Shown here: positions 7,199 through 17,634 of the stretch, piece after piece
Numbering within the stretch: the stretch's first letter is position 1
Layout: every line of letters begins with the position of its first letter
Assembly (NCBI GenBank): GCA_024763075.1
Contig: JANTGF010000012.1
Span: forward strand, 8,093-72,092
DNA: 64,000 nt
From: Bacteroidales bacterium
GTDB lineage: Bacteria; Bacteroidota; Bacteroidia; Bacteroidales; VadinHA17
Reading direction: 5' to 3'
The notes under the pieces: generated by a model
Told to the model about the DNA's origin: nothing
Databases searched by the model: none
Seen by the model: only the letters and a program-made list of their open reading frames with translations
Program-made: the position numbers and the translations under genes

Positions 7199-9841
7199 AT
7201 GGTAATCAAAAACAGATGCAATCCAAGATATTATGCAGGGATAATAATTGTAAGTATAATTGTTTTTTCTGTAATCGGTTTTTCCTGCAAAAGAAGAGAT
7301 GCAGGAAATAATGAATCGGGGAACATATGGTCGGCCAGTCAGACTCTATCCGTTCCTTTACGGATCAGAAAAAATCAGTTTGAAAGAGGAAATCTGGTAA
7401 TAAATTCCTCTTTTGAAGAAGGAAAATATTTTTTGGAGGAATCCATTGATAAAGTTCCTCAGATTAAAGGCTGGAACCGGACTGGTCCTGCTGTTAGATG
7501 GGTGGATATGAAAGATAGTTTGTACTCCGAAAAGGAGGTTGCTGATGGCAGCCATGCAGTGAAGATCATAAGGGACAGAGCCGATGAAACTGATACCGAT
7601 GGCGATGGTATCTTAAGTGATTACATTAAAGTTATACCAGGGAACTTTCTCCTTAATTATGACATTAAATTAAAAGATATTGATCCTCCTGAAGGCAGGA
7701 GAGGAACCCGGCTTTTTGATGCCGTTAATGTAAGTATCCGGTTTTTTGATAAAAGCAAGGTGCCTCTTTCAGGCAAACAATATTATCCTTATAAAAAGAT
7801 TTTTCTTGATGCAGGTTTTAAAGGCTATTCATTTTCAAACTTCTGGCATATCGATTCTCTAGGATGGGGAAGGGTTCGTGGAAGAACGTATAATTATCCT
7901 TTATCTGAGGGGGACATACCGGATGGTACTTTTTACGTAAGGTTGTTTTTCGGGCTAAAAGGGACCGGTACCATGTGGGTGGATAATGTTGATTTCAGAT
8001 ATTCCAAATGGAATTTTACTGCACTGGAAAGATTTGAATGTTTTTTTGATTCGGTGTGTGTCAAATCATCTTTGCTGATTCCCACTCCAAAGAAAATTGT
8101 ACAGACCAGGAATGTCCCTTTGTTTGCAAAATCAGAAAAGGGCTTTGTTTCCCCGTGTATTGTAATACCTGCTCATGCTGCCCGTCAAACTGTTTCTGCT
8201 GCTGCTCTAATAAAAGACGAAATTGACAAACGGACTCCACTTTTACCCGGTGAGGCAAAAGTATTGCCGGTAAAAATTCTGAAAGGAGAATTTCCGGAAA
8301 AAGATTTTAAAGGTATGTTAATCAGCCTGGGGAAAACCAAATTATTTGACAGATGGAAAGATTCACTTTTATATAATGAAATTCAGGAAAAAGATCAAGC
8401 TTATATTATAAACTCCCCGGAGAATGATTCAACATTTATTTTATTGGCCGGGACAACTCCCATTGGTGATTATTATGCGGCAACAACATTTGTACAGTTG
8501 TTAGATAAGGATGAAAATCTTTATCATGGGGCTTCAATCATTGACTATCCGGATATTACCGGGCGTTCCTATCTTTTTGCTTCCTGGCAAAATGAGGAGG
8601 AAATGCTGGCAGATGTGAATTCAATATCCCGGATGAGCCGGCTAAAATTGAATAAGGCATATGTGGGTTATGGCCAGACAAATGGCCGGAAAGACTGGTA
8701 TAAACCGGATCAACTTTACATTGACGGTGTGAGGGCTGCCGGGAATAAATGCAGGGAAACAGGTGTGATGAATATGGCGATTATGGTGAATCCATATTAT
8801 CATTTTGACTATGAAATGAATGTTGATTCGATTCCTGAAAATCTAAGGTATAAATTTATTCACTCTAATACGGAAAATATTAAAACACTGGAAAATGTAT
8901 TTAAAATCGGGTTAAATGCCGGAGCAAATACCATTATGCTGATGGCGGATGATTTTTTACCACACAAAGGAGACAACCGGAAAAATTATGTATTGTATTC
9001 AAAAGAGGACAGGGATAAATTTGTTAATCTTCAGAGTGCCCAGGCGTATATGATAAATAAGTTGTATCAGGATTTTAACAGGGATTACCCGGGTTTGCGC
9101 TTTGAATTTTGCCCTCCATGGTACCTGAATGAGTTTATCGACCGTAGCAGGGGGAAGGCAGAAGCCTACTTCCCTGATCTGGTACAATTGATTCCCGGTG
9201 ACGTATCCATCGTTTGGACAGGGCACACAATACGGTCACTGAGTTATGACCTGGCCGATTTTAAGCGTTATGAGAAATGGATAGGCAGAAAGCCGATGAT
9301 ATGGGACAATACTCTGTATGCCAGGGGTCTTGAAGGTGTTTATGGAGGATATCCTGCTTATTATCCCGGGAAAGCCCGCTTGTGTAATTTGTTTGAGCCT
9401 TACGACGTAATGGTACCTGAGAACTTTCAGGATTTTATTGATGGTCCGCATATGTATGTAAATGGTGCGGCTTCTTCAGAAATTTATAAGATTAAATATG
9501 CTACTGTGGCTGATTTCGAGTGGAATACAAAGGATTATGATCCTGAATATTCACTTTGGAAGGTTTTGGTTTCATCTTATGGGCCGGTTACAGCCAGACA
9601 TTTGTTGGAATTTAGTGATGCGTACTACGAATTAATTTCCATTGTGAAATCTACTAAAAAAGAAAAAAACAGATTTTTTAATAAAGATTTTGACCAAAGA
9701 ACAAGGATCAGAAATATCTATAAAATTTTAGAAAATGAGCTTCTTGCCAGTCCGGGACTGCTCAAAGAGATCGGAGAATTTAAAACAAAAGCACTTAAAG
9801 TTTATAATGAAACAGAAAAGCAGATGAATGTTGCAAAATGA
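7199..9841 (+). CDS. GH84-like beta-N-acetylglucosaminidase family protein with an N-terminal CBM4/9-like domain
   Basis: 880 aa with an N-terminal membrane/lipoprotein-like anchor (FSC). A CBM-like segment spans NLVINSSFEEG...WVDNVDFRYSKW, followed by a GH20b-like LIPTPKKIV element. The catalytic region carries the GH84 motif order: MLMADDF (Asp-Asp pair), FCPPWY, VWTGHTI, MIWDNTLY. Confidence 0.6.
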   Translation: MVIKNRCNPRYYAGIIIVSIIVFSVIGFSCKRRDAGNNESGNIWSASQTLSVPLRIRKNQFERGNLVINSSFEEGKYFLEESIDKVPQIKGWNRTGPAVRWVDMKDSLYSEKEVADGSHAVKIIRDRADETDTDGDGILSDYIKVIPGNFLLNYDIKLKDIDPPEGRRGTRLFDAVNVSIRFFDKSKVPLSGKQYYPYKKIFLDAGFKGYSFSNFWHIDSLGWGRVRGRTYNYPLSEGDIPDGTFYVRLFFGLKGTGTMWVDNVDFRYSKWNFTALERFECFFDSVCVKSSLLIPTPKKIVQTRNVPLFAKSEKGFVSPCIVIPAHAARQTVSAAALIKDEIDKRTPLLPGEAKVLPVKILKGEFPEKDFKGMLISLGKTKLFDRWKDSLLYNEIQEKDQAYIINSPENDSTFILLAGTTPIGDYYAATTFVQLLDKDENLYHGASIIDYPDITGRSYLFASWQNEEEMLADVNSISRMSRLKLNKAYVGYGQTNGRKDWYKPDQLYIDGVRAAGNKCRETGVMNMAIMVNPYYHFDYEMNVDSIPENLRYKFIHSNTENIKTLENVFKIGLNAGANTIMLMADDFLPHKGDNRKNYVLYSKEDRDKFVNLQSAQAYMINKLYQDFNRDYPGLRFEFCPPWYLNEFIDRSRGKAEAYFPDLVQLIPGDVSIVWTGHTIRSLSYDLADFKRYEKWIGRKPMIWDNTLYARGLEGVYGGYPAYYPGKARLCNLFEPYDVMVPENFQDFIDGPHMYVNGAASSEIYKIKYATVADFEWNTKDYDPEYSLWKVLVSSYGPVTARHLLEFSDAYYELISIVKSTKKEKNRFFNKDFDQRTRIRNIYKILENELLASPGLLKEIGEFKTKALKVYNETEKQMNVAK

Positions 9842-9884
9842 TTAGCTTTACCCGCTTTATTCATGCTTTTACCCGGTGAAGAGA

Positions 9885-12419
9885 ATGAAAAAATATTTTG
9901 GTCCGATATTACTTTCTTTAGTCATCTCTTTTTCTGTGGATGGTTTAATCAATGCGCAGGAAACTGTGATCTATGGTAAAATCACCGATGCAAAAACCAA
10001 TGAATCCATTCCATTTGCCAACATCTACTTTAAGGGTACAACGATAGGCACTTCCAGTAACTTTGAGGGAGAATTTTCACTAACTGTAAGGGACCCGGGT
10101 GACTCACTTACTGTGTCCTGTTTGGGATACTTTGGTTTTACCAGCCCGGTTAAAAAGGGGAAAAAACAAAAGATTGATTTTCAGCTTCAGCCAACCGCTA
10201 TCAGTATTCCTGAAGTTTTTGTTGTTCCCGGTGAGAATCCTGCACACCGGATCATCCGGGAAGCAGCGAAACGAAAAAAGGATTACAACCTGGAGAAACT
10301 GGATGCATTTCAAAAAGCAAGCTATTCCAGAACGGAAATCGGGATAAATAATATCAGTGATGAGTTTAAAAACCGCTCGACCATGAAACCGTTTAAACCC
10401 TTGTTTGATAGTTTGATGATTGCTGCCGGTGAGAATGGAAGTCTGATTTTGCCGATTTTGTTTTCGGAGACTTTTTCAGAAGTTTATTATCTTAAAAATC
10501 CGGAACGACAGAAGGAAGTTATTTTAGCAAGTAAGGTAAACGGCGTAGGACTTGAGCATACACATGAGTTTGTATCCCAGGTTGTCGGGACCAGTTTTCA
10601 TGATTATAATTTTAATAATAATTTTATTAAGATACTGGATAGAAATGTAATGTCTCCCATCGCAAATGGCGGTTTGGGTTTTTATAAATATTACCTGACG
10701 GATAGTTTGTTCATTGACAATCATTTTTGTTATGAAATTCAGGTCATGCCGAAAAGGAAAAATGATGTAGTTTTTACAGGTATAATCTGGATACAGGATA
10801 CAACTTTTGCCCTTAAAAGAATAGTAGTGAACATTGATAAAAAAGCCGATCTGAATTTTATTGAGAATTTCAGGGTTCAACAGGATCTTAAACCGGTAGC
10901 AGAAAATATCTGGGTTCCTCAGAAAACAAGGGTGTTGATTGATTTTAGCCAGGTTTCTGACAGTACATTCGGAATGTTGGCGCGTTTTTATATGTCAGAT
11001 ACAAACTATGTTATTAACCAACCTAAAGAGCTGAAATTTTACAGTGATAAACTTGAGTTTAAATACGATGCGAACGATCATGATGACGATTACTGGCAGA
11101 TGATCCGGCCTGAAAAGCTTACAACTACTGAACAAAGCATATACAACAGTATTGATTCAATAAATAATTTCCCAAAAGTAAGAACTTATGTTGATGTGAT
11201 AGAAACATTGGTGAACGGATATTACAGGGTAAAAGGACTTGAATTTGGGCCGTATTTATTAGTGTACGGGTATAATACTGTTGAAGGAAGCCGGTTTCGG
11301 GTAGGGTTCAGAACCAATGCAGAGTTTAGTAAAAAGTGGGTTTTCAAAGCGTATGCTGCTTATGGTACCAAAGACCGGAAATTCAAATACAGCGCTACGG
11401 TTGAAAGGTTTCTTTCAAGGAAAAACTGGACTAAAGTGGGCTTTATGTATAAAAATGATGTGGAAGGGCTGGGGGTGATTGATGGGTTTTATCAGGTAAA
11501 TAATATGTTTGCGCTAACAACACAACTGGGATTAATTGATAAAATGCGGGAAATCAAACGATACCGTTTGTGGTTTGAGTCAGATCTTTTCCGGGGTTTT
11601 AATCAAAAAGTTGTGTTGTCTTCCGATTATTTTTCACCCCTGGGGAATTATGTATTTGAATATTTTTCGGATGACACCAAAACTATCCGTTCTTCTGAAA
11701 TACAATCTACCGAGCTTATTCTGGTATCACGGTATGCCCCTAAGGAAACGGTACTGATTAGTAATAATACCCGCATAGGAGTAGGAACACAGAAGGCACC
11801 CTTATTTACATTTCGCTATACGCTGGGAATAAAAGGTGCTCTTGGAAGCGATTTTAATTATCATAAATTGTCGCTTAAAATAAGTCAGAAGGTGAAGTTT
11901 TTTGAACTGGGCAGGTTCAGATATGAAATACAGGGAGAAAAAGTGTTTAATCAGTTACCTTACCCTCTTCTTCAGGTACAACCCGGGAATGAGACTTTTA
12001 TTTACTCTAAGAAATCGTATAATCTAATGAACTTTCTGGAATTTGTCACAGATCAGAATGCAAGCCTGAGGTTTGTTTATAATTTTGAGGGGGCATTGCT
12101 GGGGAAGATTCCCTTGATAAGAAGCTTGAAATGGCGTGCCGTGGCATCTACCAATATTGTTTACGGTTCGCTGGATAAGAAGAACAGGTTCTATGATCCT
12201 GAGACCAATCCTGCAGGTATCCTGCCCAAAACAACCATGGATGGAGTACCTCTTACTACCTACCGTACTTTTGAAAAAGGGAAACCTTATGTAGAGGTGA
12301 GCTATGGTGTGGAGAATATCCTGAGAATTATAAGGATTCAGGTATTCCATCGCCTGACTTATCGTTATGAAAACTCACCCAAATGGGGAATAAAAGGAAG
12401 TTTGTTTTTTATGTTTTGA
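9885..12419 (+). CDS. DUF5686 family protein with an N-terminal carboxypeptidase-regulatory-like domain (outer-membrane associated)
   Basis: The track ORF starts at GTG 9876; ATG 9885 (MKKYFGPILL...) is the likelier start. A signal peptide is followed by VIYGKITDAKTNESIPFANIYFKGTTIGTSSNFEGEFSL (CarboxypepD_reg) and a long beta-rich C-terminus ending in F. Confidence 0.65.
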   Translation: MKKYFGPILLSLVISFSVDGLINAQETVIYGKITDAKTNESIPFANIYFKGTTIGTSSNFEGEFSLTVRDPGDSLTVSCLGYFGFTSPVKKGKKQKIDFQLQPTAISIPEVFVVPGENPAHRIIREAAKRKKDYNLEKLDAFQKASYSRTEIGINNISDEFKNRSTMKPFKPLFDSLMIAAGENGSLILPILFSETFSEVYYLKNPERQKEVILASKVNGVGLEHTHEFVSQVVGTSFHDYNFNNNFIKILDRNVMSPIANGGLGFYKYYLTDSLFIDNHFCYEIQVMPKRKNDVVFTGIIWIQDTTFALKRIVVNIDKKADLNFIENFRVQQDLKPVAENIWVPQKTRVLIDFSQVSDSTFGMLARFYMSDTNYVINQPKELKFYSDKLEFKYDANDHDDDYWQMIRPEKLTTTEQSIYNSIDSINNFPKVRTYVDVIETLVNGYYRVKGLEFGPYLLVYGYNTVEGSRFRVGFRTNAEFSKKWVFKAYAAYGTKDRKFKYSATVERFLSRKNWTKVGFMYKNDVEGLGVIDGFYQVNNMFALTTQLGLIDKMREIKRYRLWFESDLFRGFNQKVVLSSDYFSPLGNYVFEYFSDDTKTIRSSEIQSTELILVSRYAPKETVLISNNTRIGVGTQKAPLFTFRYTLGIKGALGSDFNYHKLSLKISQKVKFFELGRFRYEIQGEKVFNQLPYPLLQVQPGNETFIYSKKSYNLMNFLEFVTDQNASLRFVYNFEGALLGKIPLIRSLKWRAVASTNIVYGSLDKKNRFYDPETNPAGILPKTTMDGVPLTTYRTFEKGKPYVEVSYGVENILRIIRIQVFHRLTYRYENSPKWGIKGSLFFMF

Positions 12420-12578
12420 GCTGAGAAAGAAAGTATTCAATCCCGGTTTTATGGAATGTTCATCATTAAAAACCATAGATAGAATGATCGTGTTGTTGAA
12501 AACTGTTAAAAACCTCTGATCAAAAAAGTCTTTATTCATACAAAATATTCCTACTTTTACGGCTTCAAAAAACCTTAC

Positions 12579-14003
12579 ATGAGATCGGAAGAAAATACAT
12601 TTTACAGAGAGGGAGAAACCTACCATTTGGTGAGGCGGTATGAAAGAATGAGGCGTGAAAAGACCAGGTATTATTTTGATGTGCATGAGTTTGAGGATAT
12701 TATCGATTACTATCTGGACATGAATAAGACAGGGAGCGCATCCCTGGCCATTAAATGCGGATTGACCCAGCATCCTGAATCTACCGGAATTCAAGTGCGA
12801 AAAGCCAATGTGCTTATTGACAAAGGCAGTCCCGGAAAAGCCCTGAAATTATTGTATCGCCTGTCAGCCATAGAATCTTCCAATTATGAGATTTATGTTT
12901 CATTGGGTACAGCTTTGAATATGCTGGGCAAAACTGATGAAGCTGTTCAGTATTTTGACCAGGCACTGACCCTGGACCCTGAAGATAAGGATGAGGTTGC
13001 AGGAATGATCGGATTTTCATTTCAGGATGCCGGAAACTTTGCCGATGCTGTTAGGTATTTCAAACTTGCTTATAAATTGAGTGGAAACAGAGAGTCTTTC
13101 TTGTATGAAATAGGGTATTGTTACGAACAACTGGGGGAATTTGAAAATGCTGTTCATTTATATGAGAAATACCTCGACTACGATCCTTTTTATGAAACCG
13201 GATGGTATAACCTGGGTGTGGTTTATAGCAAAACGGGTGATTTTGCAGCTGCATTAACTGCATTCGATTATTCAATTGCCCTGAATGAAAAGAATTCTTC
13301 CGCTATTTTTAATAAAGCCAATGTATTGGTTTCAATGAATAAATATTACGAGGCAATTGAGGCTTTTAAAGAATTTCTGGTGTTGGAGAAAGATGATCTG
13401 AATGGGTTATTATATCTGGCTGAATGTTATGATAATATCGGGGAAGAAAAAATGGCAAAAAAATATTACAGAAAAGCCGGAAATATTGACCCTGATTCAC
13501 CGGATTTGTTCTTTGGTCTGGGTATGTTGGAGTTAAAGAAAAAGAATTTTGACGATAGCAGGGAGTACTTCAAAAAAGCATTGACCATGGATAATGAGAA
13601 TCCGGAGTTCTGGTATGCTTTAACAAAAACTTTTGAGTTACAGGAAAATAAGCTAAATGCAATTGAAACTGCTTTGAAAGCAATACATTATGACCCGTAT
13701 GAACCGGAGTATTGGATGCTTGCAGCCAGATTATATGCTGAAACGGGAGTTCTGGGAGAGTCTGTAAACACTTTGCAAAAAGCACTGAATCATTTGGAAG
13801 ATGAACCGGTCATTCATTATATGTTAGGTATTTATTTGATTTTATCCAATAAATCTTCTAAGGCTTATAAGCATATTGAAAAAGGATTTGAGACTGACTT
13901 TGATTTACACAAAGATGCCTTTAAAAACCATCCGTGGATCATGTCATTGAAAAAGGTAAAATTCCTGATCGATAAATATAAGAACCGGAAGAATAAATTT
14001 TGA
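12579..14003 (+). CDS. Tetratricopeptide (TPR) repeat protein
   Basis: 474 aa with about 10 34-residue TPR-like units (for example YEIGYCYEQLGEFENAVHLYEKYLDYDP and WYNLGVVYSKTGDFAAALTAFDYSIALNE). Confidence 0.8.
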   Translation: MRSEENTFYREGETYHLVRRYERMRREKTRYYFDVHEFEDIIDYYLDMNKTGSASLAIKCGLTQHPESTGIQVRKANVLIDKGSPGKALKLLYRLSAIESSNYEIYVSLGTALNMLGKTDEAVQYFDQALTLDPEDKDEVAGMIGFSFQDAGNFADAVRYFKLAYKLSGNRESFLYEIGYCYEQLGEFENAVHLYEKYLDYDPFYETGWYNLGVVYSKTGDFAAALTAFDYSIALNEKNSSAIFNKANVLVSMNKYYEAIEAFKEFLVLEKDDLNGLLYLAECYDNIGEEKMAKKYYRKAGNIDPDSPDLFFGLGMLELKKKNFDDSREYFKKALTMDNENPEFWYALTKTFELQENKLNAIETALKAIHYDPYEPEYWMLAARLYAETGVLGESVNTLQKALNHLEDEPVIHYMLGIYLILSNKSSKAYKHIEKGFETDFDLHKDAFKNHPWIMSLKKVKFLIDKYKNRKNKF

Positions 14004-14212
14004 TCTTCCTTTTCTTCAGTTTCTTCCGGAGGAACTCCAACCATAATAAAATTTCAGGAAAGACGTTTTCTCCCTGAGTCTTTTTGTAGAGGGTATTTGA
14101 ATTATGTGTTTTTTTGGTGAAATTTTTGTCTTTATTTCTGAACTTCGCCAGGGAGATGTTAATGAGTTAGCGATATGAATATATTGATAGTAAAATAGAT
14201 ACACTTTAATAG

Positions 14213-15151
14213 ATGAAAGAATATATTGGTTTGTTTTTAAAAGGGATGGGAATCGGGGCTGCAAACGTAATCCCGGGAGTTTCAGGTGGCACCATAGCAT
14301 TGATTACAGGGATCTTTGAAAAACTGATAGATTCATTGAAGTCTTTTAATTTACATGCATTAAAACTATTGCTGACGGGTAAATTTAAAGATTTTGCCTC
14401 TTATATTAATCTGTATTTTCTGATTGCAGTATTTGCCGGTGTCTTTGTCAGCATCCTGAGTTTTGCCCGTTTGCTCGAATTTTTATTCGGAAATTATCCT
14501 GTTTATGTTTGGGCATATTTCTTCGGACTGATCATTGCTTCTGTATATTTTGTTGGTAAAACTATCCCGAAAATAACATGGCCGGTAGTCATTAGTTTTA
14601 TTGTAGGTACAACGGTTGCATTACTGATTTCATTCCTCTCACCGGCTTCAAGGAACGAAAGTACTTTTTACCTGTTTTTGTGTGGTATAGTAGCTGTTTG
14701 CAGCATGATACTTCCCGGACTTTCCGGTTCTTTTGTTCTCATTCTCATGGGAAATTATGAACTTATTTTTATTGAAGCGGTGAATGAATTTAACCTTGCT
14801 GTATTGCTTCCGGTAGTGGTTGGGGCTGTATTCGGACTACTGGCATTCTCGCATGCCTTATCCTGGATTTTTAAGAAATACAGAGAATCCACGCTCGCAG
14901 TTCTTACAGGCTTTATTCTGGGCTCTTTGGGTATGCTTTGGCCCTGGAAAAATGAGATTTACCGCACAAATTCGCTGGGAGAACTGATTACAAAAACCGA
15001 TGGTTCCAAAATTATTGAAGGATATGAACGGTATTTACCGGATTCTTTTAATACAGAAGTAATACTTGCAATTTTATTTATGGTCATCGGGTTTTTAACA
15101 ATTGCGCTTATGGAGAGAGTTGCCGCAAAAAAAAGTGCCGTACAAACATAA
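14213..15151 (+). CDS. DUF368 family polytopic membrane protein (polyprenyl-phosphate transporter family)
   Basis: 312 aa. The duplicated DUF368 signature is present: GIGAANVIPGVSGGTIALITGIFEKL and MILPGLSGSFVLILMGNYE. About 8 hydrophobic helices. Confidence 0.8.
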   Translation: MKEYIGLFLKGMGIGAANVIPGVSGGTIALITGIFEKLIDSLKSFNLHALKLLLTGKFKDFASYINLYFLIAVFAGVFVSILSFARLLEFLFGNYPVYVWAYFFGLIIASVYFVGKTIPKITWPVVISFIVGTTVALLISFLSPASRNESTFYLFLCGIVAVCSMILPGLSGSFVLILMGNYELIFIEAVNEFNLAVLLPVVVGAVFGLLAFSHALSWIFKKYRESTLAVLTGFILGSLGMLWPWKNEIYRTNSLGELITKTDGSKIIEGYERYLPDSFNTEVILAILFMVIGFLTIALMERVAAKKSAVQT

Positions 15152-15160
15152 TTTTTATTT

Positions 15161-15937
15161 ATGGAAAGAGCTTTTGGACTGATAGGATTCCCCCTGGAAC
15201 ATTCTTTCTCAAAGAAGTATTTTTATGAGAAATTTAAAAAGGAGGGAATTACTCAAACGGTATATAATAATTTCCCACTGGAGAATATTCAGGAGCTACC
15301 TTCCCTGATTTCTGAAAATCCTCAGCTTGTAGGTCTGAATGTTACCATTCCCTTTAAAGAATCTGTTATCCCATTTCTAAATAAAGTTGAGCGGGAGGCG
15401 AAAAAAATCGGTGCGGTAAATACGATTAAAATAATCAGAGATTCTGACAGTGTTAGCCTGATTGGTTTTAATACGGATATTTTTGGATTTCGTAAATCTT
15501 TACTGGATTTTTGGGATAAAAAGAAAACCAAGGCCCTGGTTTTGGGAAGTGGCGGAGCTTCAAAAGCTGTTTTGTTTGTTTTAGAAGAATTGGGTCTGGA
15601 AACGCATGTTGTCTCCAGGAAAAAGACAGGTAAGGGAATGATCTCTTATAGTGAACTAAATCACGGTTTTATTTCAGAACATAAACTAATCATTAATACA
15701 AGCCCTGTAGGCATGTACCCTCATACAGATGAATGTCCGGAAATCCCCTATGATGCTGTTTCCAATAAGCATTTTCTTTTTGATTTGATATACAATCCGG
15801 AAAAGACAATGTTCCTTAAAATTGGAAAAGATAAAGGCGCGAACATCAAAAATGGCCTTCAAATGCTCATTGAACAGGCGGAACAGTCATGGAAGATATG
15901 GAATAATTCAGATTTACCCTTTCTTTTTTCAAAATAA
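15161..15937 (+). CDS. aroE: Shikimate dehydrogenase
   Basis: 258 aa. Motifs: GLIGFPLEHSFSKKYF, NVTIPFKE, GAVNTI, LGSGGASKAV. Confidence 0.85.
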   Translation: MERAFGLIGFPLEHSFSKKYFYEKFKKEGITQTVYNNFPLENIQELPSLISENPQLVGLNVTIPFKESVIPFLNKVEREAKKIGAVNTIKIIRDSDSVSLIGFNTDIFGFRKSLLDFWDKKKTKALVLGSGGASKAVLFVLEELGLETHVVSRKKTGKGMISYSELNHGFISEHKLIINTSPVGMYPHTDECPEIPYDAVSNKHFLFDLIYNPEKTMFLKIGKDKGANIKNGLQMLIEQAEQSWKIWNNSDLPFLFSK

Positions 15938-16079
15938 AACGTAATTTTGGTTACTTGCAGAAAGCTTCGGGTGAGTTGGATTTAAGTACATTTCTACGGA
16001 AGATTTAATTTGTTATCCGCTTCTGTAGATCTTGAGTATTCTGAACCGGTTTAACAGGGATAAAATTTAAAAAATAGAA

Positions 16080-16595
16080 GTGAAAAAAGCCGTAATAGTC
16101 ATATCAGTAATCATCATATTTTTGGGTTTGGTTTTTTTTATCCCCGGGGTATTTAAGAAATCTGTTGTGATTGAACAGGAACTTAAGATTAAAAGGCCGG
16201 TAAAAAATGTTTATTTTTCTCTGATCAACCCCTTAAGAATGAAATTATGGGTACCTGGTTTTAAGAAAATCGAAACCATGGATGGTTTTATTCACGGAGT
16301 GGGCTCCAGGTTTTTATTGACTCTTGATTTTCATAATAAAGAGTATAAAGTAGTTGAAGAAATCAAAGTTTTTGAATGGAAGAAAGAGCTTGGAATTTTT
16401 TATACAACAAATTATTTTACCGTAGAGACAAATATCCGTTTGTCCAGAGATGGAAAACTTACGGTTTTAAAAATAAACCACATGGTTAAAGGCGAAAATA
16501 TTTTCTGGAGATCTGCTTTTTTCTGGTTTAAACCGGTATTGCGAAATTTTTATCATGAAGTTTTTATTGATTTTAAAAAGATGCTGGAGAAGTGA
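16080..16595 (+). CDS. Membrane-anchored hypothetical protein, possibly SRPBCC-fold
   Basis: 171 aa with a GTG start and an N-terminal TM helix, then an alpha/beta pattern of START/SRPBCC size. I recognise no diagnostic motif. Confidence 0.4.
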   Translation: MKKAVIVISVIIIFLGLVFFIPGVFKKSVVIEQELKIKRPVKNVYFSLINPLRMKLWVPGFKKIETMDGFIHGVGSRFLLTLDFHNKEYKVVEEIKVFEWKKELGIFYTTNYFTVETNIRLSRDGKLTVLKINHMVKGENIFWRSAFFWFKPVLRNFYHEVFIDFKKMLEK

Positions 16596-16665
16596 TCCTT
16601 ACCTTTTTTCATTTCAAAAAATGGAATCCCGGGCATTTATTTTAACAATTCTTAAGATTTAAGTT

Positions 16666-17247
16666 ATGGCATATACATTAGAAATCGGAGCACGGGCTCC
16701 TGAGTTTTATCTTCCCGCAACCAATGGAAAGGAATATGGTCTGAGTGACTTTGATGAAGCAAAAATTCTGGTGGTTTTTTTTACCTGTAATCATTGTCCT
16801 TACGTAATTGGGTCGGATGAAGTAACACGTAAAACTGCTGAAAAATATGCTCCTGTTGGTATTCGTTTTGTCGGGATTAATTCGAATTCACCGAATACAT
16901 ATCCGGAAGATAGTTTTCCCAATATGGTTAAGAGAATGAATCAGTATAAATTTCCCTGGGTGTACTTATATGATGCAAGTCAGGATATTGCCCTGGAATA
17001 TGGAGCGCTTAAGACACCACATTTTTATGTTTTTGATGAAAACAGGAAGCTTATTTATACAGGCCGTTCCATTGATAGCCCAAAAGATCCTTCCAGGGCC
17101 TCGGTGAATGACCTTGAAAATGCTCTGGATGAATATTTGGCCGGGAAAGAAATTTCGGTTCCGGTAACCAATCCCATCGGATGTAATGTGAAATGGGAAG
17201 GGAAGGATGCTCACTGGATGCCGCCTGATGCATGCGATCTAACCTGA
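16666..17247 (+). CDS. Thioredoxin-fold (redoxin/AhpC-TSA-like) protein
   Basis: 193 aa with a CxxC motif in the expected context ([12 protein letters not shown]), followed by GINSN...YPEDS. Confidence 0.75.
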   Translation: MAYTLEIGARAPEFYLPATNGKEYGLSDFDEAKILVVFFTCNHCPYVIGSDEVTRKTAEKYAPVGIRFVGINSNSPNTYPEDSFPNMVKRMNQYKFPWVYLYDASQDIALEYGALKTPHFYVFDENRKLIYTGRSIDSPKDPSRASVNDLENALDEYLAGKEISVPVTNPIGCNVKWEGKDAHWMPPDACDLT

Positions 17248-17407
17248 TTTCTATCTTTAATTACTACTTTTTAATTATTTTTGGTTTTTGATTGTTGCCT
17301 GTAAACAAAGAATGGTAAAGCCCGAAAATTACTGACTTTACCATTCTCCTTGCAGCATTACTCTTACTTATTTTGTAAACCCTATTAACAAAGAGGTAAG
17401 AGAAATG

Positions 17408-17440
17408 AATACGTTCCGGAGGTTCAGCGGAACGTATTTT
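17408..17440 (+). terminator. Intrinsic terminator candidate
   Basis: 11-bp stem AATACGTTCCG-N9-CGGAACGTATT followed by TTGTAAATGTTTTTT. It lies 160 nt downstream of the thioredoxin-fold gene stop. Confidence 0.5.
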
Positions 17441-17634
17441 GTAAATGTTTTTTATACCCTGTTTCTATAGTATCTCCCAATATCTTAATATAGATTTTAA
17501 ATTTCTGTTATAAATATAAGGGTCATAGGGTTTATGGTAGCCATTTATTGATGAATGATGCCTGCCAGTTGATGAAAGTTCCTTTTTTGATGATGAAAAT
17601 GTGTTTAAAATTTGGATAATGAGCATATGTTCAT

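Noticed and set aside
10099-10347. 82-aa plus-strand and 69-aa minus-strand ORFs inside the DUF5686 gene
   Set aside because: They are alternative-frame or antisense shadows of an 845-aa gene.
12375-12794. 139-aa minus-strand ORF spanning the DUF5686/TPR gene junction
   Set aside because: It overlaps the ends of two well-supported plus-strand genes. No signal or motif is present.
14016-14300. 94-aa minus-strand ORF between the TPR and DUF368 genes
   Set aside because: It overlaps the DUF368 start, and its composition looks like translated AT-rich spacer. No support.
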